From an uncultured Verrucomicrobiae bacterium (lineage in GTDB: Bacteria; Verrucomicrobiota; Verrucomicrobiia; Limisphaerales; Palsa-1400): a stretch of 64,000 nt of DNA. The stretch covers positions 24,778 to 88,777 of the forward strand of contig CAWGST010000001.1 in assembly GCA_963825315.1 (NCBI GenBank), in the 5' to 3' direction. This document shows positions 62,621 through 64,000 of this stretch, piece by piece. The position numbers and the translations under genes are program-made. The notes beneath the pieces were generated by a model. It saw only the letters and a list, made by a program, of their open reading frames with translations, made no database searches and was not told where the DNA came from. Each line of letters begins with the position of its first letter. Positions within the stretch are counted from its first letter, which is position 1.

Positions 62621-63999
62621 GTGAGTTTGGCGGTTGGCGATTGTTGGGGACGGAAGACCGGATCACACCACACCGCCCATCGGAAATCGGGAGGGGAACC
62701 AACCGCCTTGGTGCGAAAGATAAATTCGTGAGACGGCCCGGGCGCGGGGGGAATTTCAATTTCAACTTGATGCCAGCGGCGGTCGGTGGGAAGCCGCCTG
62801 GGATTGATCTCCGTGTGAAAAAACTCGAGACCGTCCAAGTGAATGAAAAATTCGCAGCCGTCGGCGGTTGGCTTGTTCCACGCCTCCGGCAGGATGGCGA
62901 TCTCGCAGGTGAAACGACCGGGTTCCGGGAAGGGGACGGCAAAGCGCAACTTTGCGGCTGGATGCAGATAGATGCACGGGGCGGCGCGGTGATCAATGGT
63001 GGCGGTGTGGGTCTCCAATTGCGCCGGGGAGCCATCGAGCAATTCCGCTTCGTGAACATGATGCAGGAACGAAAACGCTTTGGCCTGGCTGCCATTCTGC
63101 GCAACTTCGGAAAAACAACTTGCCTGGCTGTAACTGGGAATGGTGACCGAAACCACGGGTGCCGCGACGGCTTCCATTTGGACGGCGCGGCTGATTTGAG
63201 CATCGGCTTCCTGCGCGCGACCCAATTGATGCAACGCCCGCGCCAACAGGCGGCGGGCGGGCGCGTAATTCGCCTCTAACGCAACAAGCCAAACGAGGAG
63301 TTGCCGGGCGGCTTCAGGCTCGCCGAGTTCGAGCAAGGCCGAAGCGCGCGCGGTCAATAAGACAGGATCGTCGGGCAGCAGTTGCAAAGCGCGGTCCAAG
63401 GCGTCGTGACACGCGCGGTGAAATTGGGCCCGGACTGCTTCCGGCCTGACGATGGGCGAGACGGCGACAGCAACCTGCGATTCGGGAAGTTGAAAGGCCC
63501 AGACCTGGTAAATCGCCAGCAAGCCGTTGGCTGTTTTCGCTTCTTCGCTGGAAACAAACTGGCGTTTGGCCGTATCGAAAAGTACCCGCTCATGGCCCGC
63601 CACGTCAAAGTTTTCCTGCACGAACAACTGGCGCAGCATCGGTTCAACCAACCAGTCTTCCACGGGCTGCCCGGGATGGCCCCACAAGCGCGCCCACTCC
63701 TGCAACGATTCTCCGCGCGGCGTCGTAAGGATCACATGACCGCCGGGCTTCAAAAGGCGGCGCAGCTTGCGGACAAATTCGGACTGCTGCTCCCGTGGCA
63801 CATGTTCAATCACCTCGGATGCCAGCACAAGGTCGTAAGACTGAAAATCAGGCGCGTCCAACACGGTGTCTGTGTTGCCCGCAATGAAACGCAGATGGGG
63901 AAAAAGTTTTCGGGCCTGCGCCGCGACGGCGGCCACAGGCTCGACGCCTTCACTCTCACCGAATTTTGAAGCAAGGTTGGTAAGCCAGCCGCGACCGCA
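62617..63999 (-). CDS. Class I SAM-dependent methyltransferase + TPR + carbohydrate-binding-like domain protein (5' end beyond window)
   Basis: GRGWLTNL, YDLVLASEVIEHV, LLKPGGHVILTTP. TGA overlaps the GT ATG. Confidence 0.8.
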   Translation of the reverse strand, partial: CGRGWLTNLASKFGESEGVEPVAAVAAQARKLFPHLRFIAGNTDTVLDAPDFQSYDLVLASEVIEHVPREQQSEFVRKLRRLLKPGGHVILTTPRGESLQEWARLWGHPGQPVEDWLVEPMLRQLFVQENFDVAGHERVLFDTAKRQFVSSEEAKTANGLLAIYQVWAFQLPESQVAVAVSPIVRPEAVRAQFHRACHDALDRALQLLPDDPVLLTARASALLELGEPEAARQLLVWLVALEANYAPARRLLARALHQLGRAQEADAQISRAVQMEAVAAPVVSVTIPSYSQASCFSEVAQNGSQAKAFSFLHHVHEAELLDGSPAQLETHTATIDHRAAPCIYLHPAAKLRFAVPFPEPGRFTCEIAILPEAWNKPTADGCEFFIHLDGLEFFHTEINPRRLPTDRRWHQVEIEIPPAPGPSHEFIFRTKAVGSPPDFRWAVWCDPVFRPQQSPTAKLT

Positions 64000-64000
64000 C

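Overview
Chromosomal segment of a GC-rich bacterium, probably Verrucomicrobiota (Pedosphaera/Limisphaera-like). This is inferred from the Minf_1886-type gene, the secreted proteins ending in 'FYRV/FYRI', and the intergenic repeat families. Housekeeping genes include msrA, leuS, a homospermidine/polyamine operon, an M16 protease, mpl, a urate-to-allantoate cluster, pyc, fabI, gyrA/gyrB and surface-glycan glycosyltransferases. The main accessory locus is a type II-C-like CRISPR-Cas9 system: cas9-cas1-cas2 plus 25 identical 36-nt repeats and 24 spacers. It has four unusual properties. (i) The ~1353-aa Cas9 carries a threefold tandem repeat of a ~60-65-aa module after RuvC-III. (ii) The tracrRNA anti-repeat is an inverted repeat copy lying exactly one array period (66 nt) from the terminal repeat, so read-through would give a natural crRNA-tracrRNA fusion. 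(iii) The repeat is strongly self-complementary. (iv) A perfect 27-bp hairpin hides the extraneous guide at the other end of the array. Also found: three non-autonomous IS-derived elements (two of them disrupt genes), a dispersed GGCAACA-iteron repeat family, a lower-GC islet encoding an HExxH peptidase plus a small partner, recent intragenic duplications, and two single-base frameshifts (gyrB, urate oxidase) that are probably assembly errors. All calls come from reading the sequence; no database searches were run.
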